Shown here one piece after another: positions 1 through 13,251 of a DNA stretch of 59,547 bases. This DNA comes from Nemertoderma westbladi (taxonomy: Eukaryota > Animalia > Xenacoelomorpha), in contig JAUCBJ010001549.1 in NCBI GenBank assembly GCA_032718475.1, positions 1-59,547 on the forward strand. The letters are read 5' to 3'. The translations under genes were made by a program, and so were the position numbers. The notes under the pieces were generated by a model that saw only the letters and a program-made list of their open reading frames with translations, searched no databases and was not told where the DNA came from. Positions within the stretch are counted from its first letter, which is position 1. The number at the start of each line of letters is the position of its first letter.

Positions 1-1978
1 CTCAGTCCAGCAGTCATGGGGACAGCAACCACGCCGACCATCGGTCTATTCGGGCACCGAAGAGCCGAAACCAATCGATACTGTCGAAATCGGAAATGGT
101 TGCCAATGGAGTCACCAACGGGATGACGGCCGAAGATATTCAATACTCTATCTTATGCAATCTCAAATATTCAATGTTCGATCCCTAGATGGGGCAGTAC
201 TGTTTGGGCACAGTGCTTTAAATGCTGCAGCCTAGCCCAACCCCGGCTTTCATCCTTCAGGTGGTCGATTGGGAACCAAGGCTACTTGGGAAACAGAGTG
301 GAAGGGTTTACTGTGGAAGATCACCCATGGTGGTGAACAGGCATTCCTTGGCTTAACGAGCCTAAAAGATTTTCATTGCCATTCAAATACTCAATTCGGT
401 ACTGTACCTTCAATTCAATATTCAATCTTAGTATTATTTCTGTGCTTCGTTATTTAATAATGTGATTAGATAAAAAAATAAATTAATGAAATATAATTCA
501 TCTGTCAATTATTATTACAAAAAAAAAATCCAACATTATATTAACATTTATATAGTTTTGAATTAAATGTTTCGAAATCAACAGTCATTCAATGAACTTA
601 TACAGCAGTGTCATTTATCGCGTATCCCTTGGTTTAATCACTATTCTTTATTCAAGTATAACTGAATCCTGGCCCACCGCCTTCACCCTCCACTGATAAT
701 TTAAAATCGTAACTCATTCAATCTATACCAAACTTGGTAAACATGTAATATTTTAGTAGTAAACAAGCTGTTATTTGCGTCGATTTTCACCTGGAGAGGG
801 AAGAATATTGATTGCGCCCCCCCCCCCCCCCCCCCTACCTGCAGTTAGTGAAAATATTTCGGCACCATTTAATTTTATTATCACGGTCGCCCATCAAGTA
901 GTCTGTCAAAAGATACAATTCATTATAAACATAACAAAATTAATTATAATAATTCTAAAAATATAAGGCAGATTATGCTAAAGTTAGCTCTTTAGTCTTT
1001 AGCAATCTTATACATTGACAAGACTTATAAAATAATTGATGTTGAATAATTATTATTAAGATTAAAATATATTATTTATATTATTAGGAATTCGAAGAAA
1101 GCAAATTGTATTGAGTTAGTATTGGCAAGTTAATCTCACAAACCAGTCTAGTCTAACTTTACAGTAGCCTTGTTCGCATTGTTCCAGGTTTAGGCCTATA
1201 GATGCCACCATCTTCGTTCCAGGTTTAATACTGTAATAGACTCCGTTATCCGTCTCGATCGCTTCGCTATGCACCATCTTACTGGGTTTAATAAACTCCA
1301 TCGCCTTCCTGTCGTTCTCTGTTTTGTAGATTACTTCGCCATCGTCTGATCGCTTTGGTTGCGTGTTTATATACTGTAATAGACTCCGTCGCCATCGTAT
1401 CGTTCTGGATACATTGAATAGACTCCATTGTCCATCGCGATCGTTTCATTGTTTACGCGTAATTGACTCCGTCGCCTCCTCGGATTAGGAATCCGGCCGG
1501 GTTTCGTAGATTCCGCCATCATCGTTCAGCAGTTCAGTGTTTTTAATCAAAGCCAGAATTCCGGCACCGGCACCACGATCAACGATTTCGGAAGTAACAG
1601 ATTCCGTCAACAACACTCGGGGTTTAAAAAATACAACTATCGGGCAACTTGTAACTGGGCGATCATCTATCTGATAGTTGAAAAAGACTGTCTGACAGTT
1701 GGTATCAGACTATCTGATAGTTAGCGCCCCATGGGTAAATCCTTACCCCATGGGCTGTTACCTCTCTGACTGACAGCGCAACAGCCCCTATAGGATAGTG
1801 TTCTATCACTACTTATCACTACAGTCGATAACACTTCTCAAGGTAGTAAGGTACACCAGGTTATTTGGTGATGTTATCGATATTAATCATTATGTAAAGG
1901 AAAAGGAATTGAGTCATAAATTCATATTTTATTGACAATAATAATACAATTAAATTTATAATTCAACTACATCAAAAG

Positions 1979-3584
1979 TGTGGGGCGAGCCACGAAGTGA
2001 GTGAGCCTTAGCGTAGGGGTACCATTAATCAACCTGTCGTTCTGTCGCGTTTTTTTTTCAGTATTTTATTTTAAACGTTAATAACTCGGCCAATCCTTGA
2101 TGAAATCTATCCAAACTTGGTACACATGTTGTTTGGCAAAAGTTTGAAAATTTTCCAAGTAGAATTTGCGTGGGGCCTTCGTGCAGCATCAGTGTAACTG
2201 TTATTGCAGTTATAATAAATTTATTAATCCAAATTTAAAATGCGTTAAATTATTATTACTGTAGGATAAATCAGCTGGGTTTCTGACAAATTTTGCAATA
2301 CAAAGGGGCTGTCTGCATGTACCATGTGTACCGGTACTGTCAGGCTGTACTCAATCCCTGAATCGAGAATCCTGCAATCAGTCAATACTGCAATACTGGT
2401 CAGCCGGTACCATACACTGCAGACATGCCATATCATGTAATCTAATTAAACATGGCCCTGGCAACCCTTGCAGTGATTATAGTTTAGGCCTAATAGCCCA
2501 GTACTGGCACCGGTAATAATAATATAATAGTTTAGATAGTACCGCTAATCATTCAGTCATTGGCACGGTACACTGTATTGCTGTACTGCCGTTGTAGTGC
2601 GCACCGTAGGTACCACCCTACTACCGGTACCGGCTGACCGGTGGCAACTAGCACTTCAGCACACTTTCACAGCACTGCAGCAACAGCACTACCGGCGATA
2701 CATAGGTTGGAATTTATGTAGAGTTTGCTCAACAGTACAGATATAAAATAGTTATCTAAATTATATATATTACTATTGACAAGTATTGAAATATATACCA
2801 TTATTCGTGTTATCAGTATTTGCAACATCTGACATTGAAGAGGTGAGAGAAGATGAATACCGGCACTCAACAAAACCAACGCTTATCACAGGTCGGTATG
2901 GTTACCTCGAAACCGGCGTGACTGTCCACTCGAATACAACTTAACACAAACACCAACAATAAACTGAAAGCGAATCTAACGTCTTCAGAAGAATCTGTCA
3001 TTGGGACGAAGAAAAGGAAGCCGAAACCACGGGAATGGACCACAGCTAAGATTGAATGCTCCCATTGTCAGAGTTCCTGGACCGAAATTGAAACACCAAT
3101 TGCCGATGGGCTTGATCTCTCAAACCAAAACTTCCTCTGCGGGGTTTGCGTGGCAGTAAAGATTGAAAGTCTGGAAGCTGGCATCCCTAGGTATTATTAT
3201 TATAAAGAGCGTCAGCCTGCGTTTAATAAATATATTTTAATACAAAACAGGTCGAACGCAAAGAGGCTTATAATGAAGACGAGTACTGCATTGATTATAT
3301 TCCTATAAACCACCTGGCTTTGCATATTGAACGTGCGTTTGGAAATAAGTTCGTGCTACCCTTCCGTGGGTGGTAGATGTCGCGGTTATGTATTGGTGGG
3401 TGGGGGGAGGGGGAGGGGGGGGGGGGTGCAGATTAAAAGGGGTGAACACGTACTGTCCCCCCTTTCTTTGATTAATTGGTGGTGTGGGTTAATCTCTCAT
3501 AACCTGATTTTGTGATACAGTTGCACAATTTTAATTTGTATCACATAACTGGGCCTCGTGCTGCGCGAAGGCCCCATGAACGTG
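1979..3584 (+). mobile_element. Non-autonomous repeat element (Helitron/MITE-like), same family as 11052-12082, with unrelated internal insertions
   Basis: Shares the 5' end TGTGGGGCGAGCCACGAAG...GAGCCTTAGC and CCAAACTTGGTACACATGT, and the 3' end CTCGTGCTGCGCGAAGGCCCCA.GAACGTGT, with 11052-12082. An inverted copy of the 3'-end motif lies at 2169-2188. Confidence 0.55.
3009..3190 (+). pseudogene. Zinc-finger (CxxC...CxxC) fragment, probably a LINE ORF1 (PHD-like) remnant
   Basis: Manual translation KKRKPKPREWTTAKIECSHCQSSW...NFLCGVCVAVKIESLE. Confidence 0.4.
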
Positions 3585-3599
3585 TATATTATGGCCAAG

Positions 3600-4600
3600 A
3601 TTTTACGGACATGTCTGCTGACTAGTCTGTCGAGTTGGCAAATGCTGTCTCAGATCCAGGGCTTTGGGCATAGGTGACATGCAGAAAAACTATGGGTCAT
3701 ATACTATTTTTTACACTACACTACTTTTTACATGTTGTCAACTGTTGGTGGGTATTGTTTGGTGCAAATACGAACCTTTTAGGGCCGCATAGTGAGACCT
3801 CTAGTATTCACTTCATTGCTGTTGTTGGTGTTTCCAGTTGGGTTTTAGTTTTATAAGGCTTCATATAGCGCAGTGGCGAAGTTGGTGGAGCGCTGGACTT
3901 GGAATCTCTAGGAACCGAATTCAATCACTTTCTGGTGAATTTTTTGGCAGTAAAATTGGTAGTAAGCCATTCAAGGAAACAGTTCATGCGTTAGTAGATG
4001 CAGACCTTTGCGCGATTTCGTGCTTTTAAATACCGTAAATAAAAGAGACTTATGGAGATGTTCACCCATCTCCATCATATAATGTTCACTCATTTACGCT
4101 TAATCTCCCACAGTCTCCGCATAGAAACAGGGTGATGGGGCAGGGTACCTAGGAAAGACCGTGTGTGTCCTTGCGATAACTTATCGCTACAGGACGAGGC
4201 TCATGTTATTCTAGAATGTCCTATCACTAAACAGGCCAAAGATTTAGCTCCAGTACTTGGTTAAGATAATCTCAACACGTTTTTCAAGTCGAGTGATATA
4301 CTTAAAATATCTAAAGTTATAAACGAGGCAGTTGATCTATTGAGTAATTAGGAGAATTAGTAGTGAGGTATTGTAATGAGGTGTGATGGGTCATATACAT
4401 ACTGTGCTCTCTATTTATCCATCCTAAGTTTCCAATAGTGAATTCGGTTAGGTTATTATGTTAGTGCGGTTTATCGGTTCTTTGTAGGTTTTTGTTATAC
4501 TATATGTCCATATTACCATGGACAATTAATTGTTAATGTGCAGTAATTATTTAATATCTTGGTATCCGCTATCTAATTGTCAATCAAAAAATAAATTTAT
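3600..4600 (+). mobile_element. Decayed non-LTR retrotransposon 3' end (ORF2 C-terminal zinc knuckle)
   Basis: About 4085-4225 translates to FTHLRLISHSLRIETG*WGRVPRKDRVCPCDNLSLQDEAHVILECP, a typical LINE ORF2 C-terminal CCHC region. A-rich tail near 4585. Outer boundaries approximate. Confidence 0.6.
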
Positions 4601-4910
4601 ATAGTAAAAAAAGTAAATATCATGGCCATTGGTTATAACGTACAATGCGCAAAATTATTTAGTTCCCTCAAGAAGCGAGGAGATTTTATGGTAATTCCTT
4701 TGAGTTTCTTCTTCATAGCAAAGAAGTTGTTAACTAGAAAAGTGCAGCGCTGCAAATGCGATTTGTCGATTTTTGGGTTATCAAACTCGAGGAGATATCT
4801 GATTCGAGTTTCAGATTCAATATTTCTACAATCCAGGTTAGGTTCAGTTTCATAAACTTTATTATCATTAGCTATTATCCAAATAGATGTTTGGTTGCTT
4901 TTATTAACTT

Positions 4911-5825
4911 CTATCCACTCAGAAGGGGCTCGTTTTCATCTTCCACAACTTGTTGCCTCCCATCATCATCTGTCATAACTGGTGCAAATATTTCCCTCCC
5001 AACATACTTATAATAAAGTACCAATACAATAGCCGGAATCATCACAATAATGTTGAATCCACAGAAAACTGTAGCAGCTAAAGGAAACTTGATATATTGA
5101 GCCAATGGCCCGGCAACTAGTGGACCAATAAATAGACCGCAAGCACCTGGGCTGGTTACAAGGGACATCACAACTGTGTGGTTACCGATAGTTTGTGGCC
5201 ATTGAAGGCGGTATTTGTAAATTTTAAGCAGCGTTTCTATATAAGGTGTCACCAATGACATTCCAAATCCTAACAAAGCAGTTCCAACAATCACAATGCT
5301 AATTCTATCTGGTAAGTTCAATAAAGGTGATGGCCCCATCAGTAACAATCCTATTATACCAACCAAATGGGAAACAATCATCACTATCAAAGTGTTGATT
5401 GTTCTATATCTGGCCAGAAATGCACCCCATGCTAATCCTGTTGAAACGTTTATAAGTGGAGCTATAAGAAACATTGATCCAACTTCTGCAGGAGACAACT
5501 CATATACATTCACAAGATGAATAGCGAATGTTGTTTCATAGAAACCCATACCCATAGCTATAACAAACAACATGGCGACTGCAGATAAACATACCCTGTC
5601 TTTGAGTAAATCAAATATCGTCTTTGTAGTGACAATTTTGCTGGGTTTGATGCTAGGGAGAGAGATTATGTTTACTAATGCGATAACTACTTCAGTTCCT
5701 CCAAGGATTACAAACGGAGTAACAAAGTTGGTGTACTGGTATAGAATTCCTCCCAGGGCAGGTCCGCACATTGTTCCTCCAAAGAAGGCGTTGTGAATAA
5801 GTGATAAAACAAATATTTTTTCTTT
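4911..5825 (-). CDS. SLC18B1: SLC18B1-like MFS transporter, copy A, last coding exon
   Basis: Acceptor ...TATCCCACAG|AAAGAA at 5826/5825 gives a 915-nt in-frame exon (KEKIFVLSLIHNAFFGGTMCGPALGG...EPLLSG*). Multiple hydrophobic TM segments; highly similar to 36518-37453. Confidence 0.8.
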   Translation of the reverse strand, partial: KEKIFVLSLIHNAFFGGTMCGPALGGILYQYTNFVTPFVILGGTEVVIALVNIISLPSIKPSKIVTTKTIFDLLKDRVCLSAVAMLFVIAMGMGFYETTFAIHLVNVYELSPAEVGSMFLIAPLINVSTGLAWGAFLARYRTINTLIVMIVSHLVGIIGLLLMGPSPLLNLPDRISIVIVGTALLGFGMSLVTPYIETLLKIYKYRLQWPQTIGNHTVVMSLVTSPGACGLFIGPLVAGPLAQYIKFPLAATVFCGFNIIVMIPAIVLVLYYKYVGREIFAPVMTDDDGRQQVVEDENEPLLSG

Positions 5826-6034
5826 CTGTGGGATACAAAATAAATAAATAATATATTAATTTTGAGCTAATTATACTACAGTATTCCTGCACAGTATATG
5901 TACGGATGTTTTTTATTAATAATAAGTGAATTGTTGTGGGGTGAGTGACGGTAAATTAAATATATAATGTATTAGGACAATATGATAATGCTCTCCATAG
6001 CGAAAAATTTCAACCGACCTTATTGGAGCTCGGA

Positions 6035-6076
6035 CCCGGTACCTAGGTTTCAAACTTCCAGTTATCATCAGCGGGG
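6035..6076 (-). ncRNA. Minimal type I hammerhead ribozyme-like motif (probable Penelope-like element remnant)
   Basis: Minus strand reads CCCCG-CTGATGA-TAACT GGA AGTTT-GAAA-CCTAGG-TA-CCGGG: both core boxes, stem II AACT/AGTT, palindromic stem III, imperfect stem I. Confidence 0.55.
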
Positions 6077-8440
6077 TGTGTGTACTGAGCTACCAGATCG
6101 GATGAAGATTTCGCTATGGAGTGGGATATCATATTTAGGCCAACTAATCACTCAAAGGAAAGTACAACATTATTCCCGTGCTCTGCCAGAAATGGCAACC
6201 ATGCCTCAGAGAATAACTATTATACAGTGTTGTAGAAACCACTGTAACATATCTGATAAGGCAAGCATCCAGCCCAGAACCGATTCTTTCACTTTGAAAG
6301 GAGCATTATAGGAATGCATTTGAAACATATCTGTAAATTTTCGTGATGAACAGATTGTAGATCCAAGATAAACTTCTTGGCAGGATCAATGTATTTATCA
6401 CTTTGTACCATGGCTGCTGTGACTTGTACCCATGTGTTATTAATATGACACATTATTATGACATATCCCTCTACTGGAGAACTATACAAATATTAGAATA
6501 TTCTGCTTTAAAAGAAAACTGACAGGACACCATGTGAATCCGATGGACAACTAAAATAAACCTGTATCCTATAGTGGCTATACAATTAATGCTAACTCCT
6601 GGTTTTCTCCTGGTTGGCCTGCTCTACATCCCTCAATTTTTTTATATTATCCATCATGGTCCATCTTATGCACAATTAGGTTATATGTGTTGATTGCCTG
6701 CATACAATTGTAAATCCTCTTCTGGCCTTGTTAACACCCTGAGTTCTGCATTCATTCTCAATGTCAGTGATTCAGACTTTGTTACCGTGTCTGCCCATCA
6801 TTTCAGTGTTGCGATAAGTGCAGTGCTGCAGTGAGACTTCAGATTATAAGAGTAAGACTACTAGATAACTATAAGAGTATCAAGTACCGGTACCATTGGA
6901 CCATGTTTAAATAAGTATACCCTATGATCCTGGTTACGTCACAAATTGGTGAGTGCTTTATCTAATGTTAATAATGCAATTTATAGTTGAGACCTACAGA
7001 GCTACCAGTGTCCGTATTATATTTAGATTCCTATTATTTTATGTAGTAAATCCGGTGGTTAAATAGAAAGCTCACCTGTTGAGTTCAATAAGTTTCACAA
7101 AATGGTATAATGATAACAGTAATGTGTCTAACTATAGGATAAGCCTATATACTGTGTTACATAGGGTCCAGCCCTATGTTATATCTTTCTGAATACGGTA
7201 TATACGATAAGCCTCTGGCATAAAAGTGTAATATATATATATGTTAGATTTGTAGAATAGTTTTAGAATTAGAGTGTTATAATTATTGACAGTTTATCCA
7301 TATATATATAATATTATTTTATTTTGTTATTCATTTGTTTTAGAGAACCAAAACATAATATAAGCATAACATAAGGGTTAAATGTGAAGAAGATTTATGT
7401 TTGATTTATAAGTGTATTTCAGTATTTGTATTTGATTAGATTTAATGAAATGGAAGGACATATATAATATAAGATTAAAATTTAATGCGTTTCTCAATAA
7501 TATTTTAAACTTTTCTTTGCTTATTGGTGGGTGTAATGTTGAGAATGAGAGAAGAGTTGATAGTGTTGGTTGGGGATATTGAAGGAATGTTCAATAAGGT
7601 TAAAGTGAGACCTGATTACACAAAATACCTACGTTTTCTATTGTGAACAGATTATGATATGTCTAAAGAACCAGAAGTATATGAAATGTTAGTACATTTG
7701 TTTGTTTGGTGCCATTTCTTCACCCAGTTGTGCCAACTTCAGTTTATGGAGAACTGCTATTGATAAAAATAATGATTTTAGTGAAGAGACTATCAATACA
7801 GTAGGCTACTAAGAAATTTTTATGTGGATGATTTAATGCAATCAATGCATCAGGTTTCAGACGTTATTGAATTGTATATCCAGTTGAAGTTATTGTTACA
7901 AAGAGGAGGTTTTAAAATAACAAAGTTTGCAAGTAATAGATAGCCCAGATGTATTGGCTACTATCCCAGTGGAGGAAAGAGCTAAATCACTGTTAATGAT
8001 GGTAGATCTTTATAATGACGATTTACCCTATGGATGTGTATTGGATCTTAGATGGAATCAGACACATTTCAGTTTAAAGTTGTTCCACAGGATAAACCCT
8101 TTACAAGAAGGGGTGTTTATCGGTGTTTAGCTCGCTCTATGATCCATTGGGATTTTTGGCACCTTTCATTCTCACAGCAAGAAAGATAGTACAAGAGTTA
8201 GCTAGACAAATGATTGATTGATTGATTGGAATGCTAAAATATGACCAAGTGACGAAATTCGTTGGCAAAAATGGTTGGAGGATTTACCAATCTTGTCGAA
8301 ATTGTCAATACCAAGATGTCTAAAGCATATTTCCAGAAATGATATAATTCATAATAGCTTACATTTCTTCTCTGATGCTTCCAAAGATACATACACTGGT
8401 GTAGCCTAACTTTGTAGTGTTGATATTAAGGGAAACATCC

Positions 8441-10902
8441 TTTAATCCTATCTTACTTTTCAATATTTGTGATTTAATCACAATTTTAAAAAAATATAAT
8501 TTATCCAGTGTTAGTCATCAGATTTGCAGCACTGTTTAAACAGTTATTACTGTTTGACTTTTGCTGTATTGCAATATATTACAGTATTCAGTTACCGGAT
8601 AAAACACATACAGGATAAAACTGAAGCAATTACAACTGCTCACATCCAGCAACAATCAAGACTTACCTGGCAAACTGTAAATGAGGTATCTAGTCGGAAA
8701 AGTTGTGCAAAGGGGCACCTCAAAGCCGATAGTCCTGAAGAACGTTTTGGGAAGTGGAAAAATCACTTCAGCAACTTGCTTGGGCAGCCACCAAACATCG
8801 AGGTCAGCCCTACAAGGAAAATATATGACAAGACACTACCTATAGAAACAGGGGACTTCACACCTGCCGAACTCCAAAGAAGCATTAAAAGCATGTCCAA
8901 TAATAAAGCGAGTGGATTAGATGAAATCCCAGCGGAGGTATGGAAAACCGGAGTGCTAAACAGACCATTATTGAATGTTTGCAACCGGATGTTAAAAGGG
9001 GAAAAGCTACCACCAATTTGGACTAAAGGTCAACTAAAGCCTCTCCCCAAGAAAGGAGACCTCGGCATACCAACAAACAATCGTGAGATCTGTCTGCTTG
9101 TGGTAGCTGCCAAAATATACAATAAAATGATTCTATATAGGATTAGGCCTCACATAGAGAAACTACTGCGTAAGAGCCAAAACGGATTTCGACCAAGTAG
9201 ATCAACAATAGCTCAGATACTTGCACTACGGAGACTGATTGAAGGAATTGAGTCAAAGAATCTCCCCGCAGTCATGACTTTTATGGACTTCAAGAAGGCA
9301 TTCGACTCCATCCATAGAGGTAAAATGCTTGAAATCCTAAGAGCTTATGGAATACCAGAAGTAATTGTTGCTGGCATTGGATTGTTATATTGTGACACAG
9401 AAGCGCAGGTACTCTCACCAGATGGTGAAACTGAGTTTTTCTCAATCCTGGCTGGCGTACTGCAAGGTGACACATTAGCACCATTACTATTTGTAATTGT
9501 GCTGGATTACGCAATGAGGACGGCCACAAAGGGTGAAGACCTGGGATTCACACTTCAAGAACGCAGAAGTAGTAGATATCCGTCAACTACAGTCACAGAC
9601 ACCGACTTTGCGGATGACATCGCCCTGCTCTCTAATACCCTAGCAGATGCACAGCTTCTACTAAATAAAGTAGAGAGGGCTGCTAAGGAGGTTGGATTGC
9701 ATATAAAGACCGATTGCATATAAAGACCTGTTACAAAGACCGAATTCATGACCTTTAATGTTGATGGAAACTTGACAACCATTGATAATAATCAACTAAG
9801 GAAGGTCGATGACTTCCAGTACCTTGGATCATGGATAGAGAGTAGCAAAAAGGACATAGAAGTTAGGAAAGCAAAGGCTTGGGTAGCTCTATCAAAAATG
9901 GATACCATCTGGAAATCAGATCTCTCCAGGCACCTGTAGACTAAGTTCTTTCGAGCCACAGTGGAAAGTGTATTTTTATATGGGGGTGAGACCTGGACAC
10001 TGACTAAATCACTTGAACAATGAATTGATGTTTGCTACACAAGACTACTAAGGGCAGCCCTAAACATCAGCTGGAGACAACACATGACAAACGCCGAGCT
10101 TTATGGTGCAATACCACCTGTATCAACCACCCTCCGTGAACGCAGATTAAGATTCAGTGGGCACTGCTGGCGAAGTAAAGACGAGGTCATACCAGATCTA
10201 CTTCTCTGGCAACCAACTCATGGAAAGCGAAGTCGTGGACGACCGGCCATAACATATATAGATCAACTTGAAAGGGGTACTGAACTTGGGAGAAACGAAA
10301 TTGCGACAACTATGGAGAATCGGGAAGCCTGGAAGGATCTCATTTTCACTGTCCGAGTTCGCTCGACCTAGTAGTAGTAGTAGTTACCGGTATTGGTGTT
10401 TCTTTGGTAATTTTACTGAATTAGGCCTAACATAAGTAATTGATAATTGAAAATGACAAGTTCCAGAGCAATCTCCGATAACTCTGAAGAAAAACGTATG
10501 ATTGACAGGATCAGAGATGTTACTTTTAGAGAGAATCGTGATTCTGTGGCATAATCAAACTGAACTTAAACCAAAACTGCCCTTTTAAGGGCCAACATCC
10601 TATGCCACTATCAAGGAGCTCCCCGTGCTGCAAAGGGGAAACATGGCTATAAAGCGGATGACTAACACTGGATAAATTATATTTGTTAAATTGTGATTAA
10701 ATCACAAATATTGAAAAGTAAGATATGTTTAAAGAATAGCCTATAAAATTTTATACTTTTGTATTGGACCCTAAATTTTTGCATGCAAGCTCAGAATAAA
10801 ATTCTCTTTCGAATGATATATTACGCTAAGGTGCATCTCTCGCAGTTTTGGCTGGCCAGGGGGGGGGGGGGGGGGGGGGCAATCATTATGGAACACCCGG
10901 TA
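8441..10902 (+). mobile_element. Tc1/mariner-type non-autonomous element with long TIRs (outer part of left TIR lost)
   Basis: Inverted repeat 8449-8519 vs 10657-10725. Right end ...CATTATGGAACACCCGG-TA at 10900-10902. Transposase-like N-terminal remnant MTSSRAISDNSEEKRMIDRIRDVTFRENRD at 10453-10550. Confidence 0.6.
8599..10381 (+). mobile_element. 5'-truncated RTE-clade LINE (RT domain, frameshifted)
   Basis: RT motifs QNGFRPSRST, DFKKAFDSI, GVLQGDTLAP, DFADDIALL. (TAG)n tail. TSD AGTTACCGG at 8590-8598 and 10382-10390. A short duplication near 9695-9728 shifts the frame. Confidence 0.9.
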
Positions 10903-11051
10903 CACGTTTCATTACCTTATATTTTGCGAATAGGGTTTCCTTTATTCAGACATATACTTCTAGCAATCAGTGGAGATATGTTGGATCTAAACAAAATCCT
11001 GCAGATAAAGGGACACATGGCTTAACAGCTATTGAAATATGCAACGAATCC

Positions 11052-12082
11052 TGTGGGGCGAGCCACGAAGTCCAGGTGAGCCTTAGCATAGCAGTACAAT
11101 TAGTACTGCTATGCATTTACATTGTCATTGTTGTCAGAAATGTTTGAACGCTAATAAGTCAGTCAATCATGGATGAAATGGAACCAAACTTGGTACACAT
11201 GTAGTTTATCAAAAGTTTAGAATTTCTACAGAGAAACAGACTTCTGTAGTTCTTATGTCTGCCACTAGATGGCGAAATGACAGAAGCGCAGAAGAAGCTG
11301 TACTTATAGAACCAACAATCAGATTCATCTGAAATTTGTTAGGAGTGACCTATGAGCATTGCTTAAGTAGAAATTCTACACAAAGACAGACTTTTATAGT
11401 TCCCATGTCTGCCGCTAGGGGGCGAATGGAAATAAACGTAGAAGTAGATGTACTTCTAGAACTAACCATCAGATTGATCTGAAAATTGGTAGGAGTGACT
11501 ATAAGCATTGCTGAATGAGAAATTCTAAACAAGTACAGACTTCTACAGTTCCTCTGTCTGTCACTAGGGGGCGAATTGACAGAAAGTAGAAGTAGCTGTG
11601 CTTATAGAACTAACCATCACATTCATCTGAAATTTGGTATGAGTGACCTATGAGCATTGCAGAATAAGAAATTCTACACAAAGACAGACTTTTATAGTTC
11701 CCCTGTCTGCCGCTAGGGGGCGAATTGAAATAAACTCAGAAGTAGATGTACTTATAGAACTAACCATCAGATTGATCTGAAAATTGGTAGGAGTGACTAA
11801 TAAGCATTGCTGAATGAGAAAGTCTAAACAAGTACAGACTTCTACAGTTCCTCTGTCTGACACTAGGGGGCGAATTCACAGAAACATAAAAGTAGCTGTA
11901 ATAGAATCAATCAAATTCATCTGAAAGTTGGAATATGACCTATGATCATTGCTTAAATAGAACTGGTAGAGACAAGCTAATGAAGTAGTAGACCAAATTT
12001 CGAGTACTCGGATTACAGCTTTCTTAGACTAACCTTTTTCGGATTAGCTGAGTCTCGTGCTGCGCGAAGGCCCCACGAACGT
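11052..12082 (+). mobile_element. Non-autonomous element with internal ~150-bp tandem repeats (about 5 units, ~298-bp dimeric higher order)
   Basis: Ends shared with 1979-3584. Units marked by (C/G)CTAG(G/A)(G/T)GGCGAA at ~11261, 11411, 11560, 11708 and 11859. Interrupts the outer BEL/Pao RNase H region. Confidence 0.75.
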
Positions 12083-13251
12083 GTCAGTGGTTGCATGGAG
12101 CGTTTCTTTACCAACCAGAAGAAACATTTACCCAATTTTAGTGAGCTATCAATCAGTCTTTAAAAAGACTAAAGTCTGTGGCACTATTTCTGTGAAAGAG
12201 GACTATGTTTTTGATAAGTTGTTACTATACCATAGAAATTGGACAAAGATACAAAGGAAATTTGCATGGCTATTGAGATATAAAGCATTTTTGAGACATT
12301 TCTCATTTGAGGTCTTTTTGAGGAAGAATATGAAGTATTTAAAGTGTGATCAAATGAAGGTTGGAGTGCTTGTGGTTGAAGACTTAGAATTAGCTACAAA
12401 GGAAATTATTAAATTGGTTCAGAGGAAGAAATTCTATGCAGATTATGAGAGAATAGAGAAAGATAAATTAGTTAAAGCTTCGAGTAAAATGTATAAATTA
12501 AGTCCAATAGTGAAAGATGGTGTTATACTTGTTGAAGGTATATTACTTAATGCTCCTATTGGTTTTGAACAAAGGCATCCTATGATATTACCCAAATATC
12601 ATCATGTAACAAATATTATCATTGCTCATTACCATGATTGTTGTGGTCATCTAGGACAAGAACATGCACTATCAGTATTAAGACAAACATTCTGGATTAT
12701 TGGTGCTAAATCAGCTGTATGAAAAGTACTCTGATCATGTTATATTTGCAAACGAAGAAACGCATCATGTGAACCACAATATATGGCTAGCCTCCCAGAA
12801 GATCGAGTATTTCCTGGTGATCCACCATTTTCATATGTGGTCTAGACTTTTTTGGTCCTTGGTATGGGAAGCAAGGATGGGCAACAGTTAAACGTTATGG
12901 TTGTATTTATACTTGCTTGGCTATACAAGCTGTTCATATTGAAATAGTCCACTCCATGACAACTGATAGTTTCATAAACTGTTTTCATCGATTTATAAAT
13001 CATGGAGGAAAACCATATGAAATTCGTTGTGATACTCGAATTTTGTAGGTGGTGAACAGGAACTCCTTAATATAAAGCTATTTGAATATTTTAATAAAGC
13101 TATTGAAGATCTACATCAAAGTCAAGTAGAAAAGTTTAGCTGTAACTCAATCATAAAGTTTATATTTAATCCTCCTAGTGTAAGTCATATGGGGGGGAGT
13201 GTGGGAAAGGATAATAGGATTGATACAGAAGATTATGCGAGTGCTTCTTAA

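Noticed and set aside
233-390. Possible SINE central domain (CCCGGCTTTCATCCTTC...GGTCGAT)
   Set aside because: Only a short resemblance from memory; no Pol III A/B boxes or TSD identifiable.
6010-6100. tRNA-like A/B boxes on the minus strand (TAGCTCAGT ... GGGTCCGAGCTCC)
   Set aside because: No cloverleaf can be built; the hammerhead reading explains the segment better.
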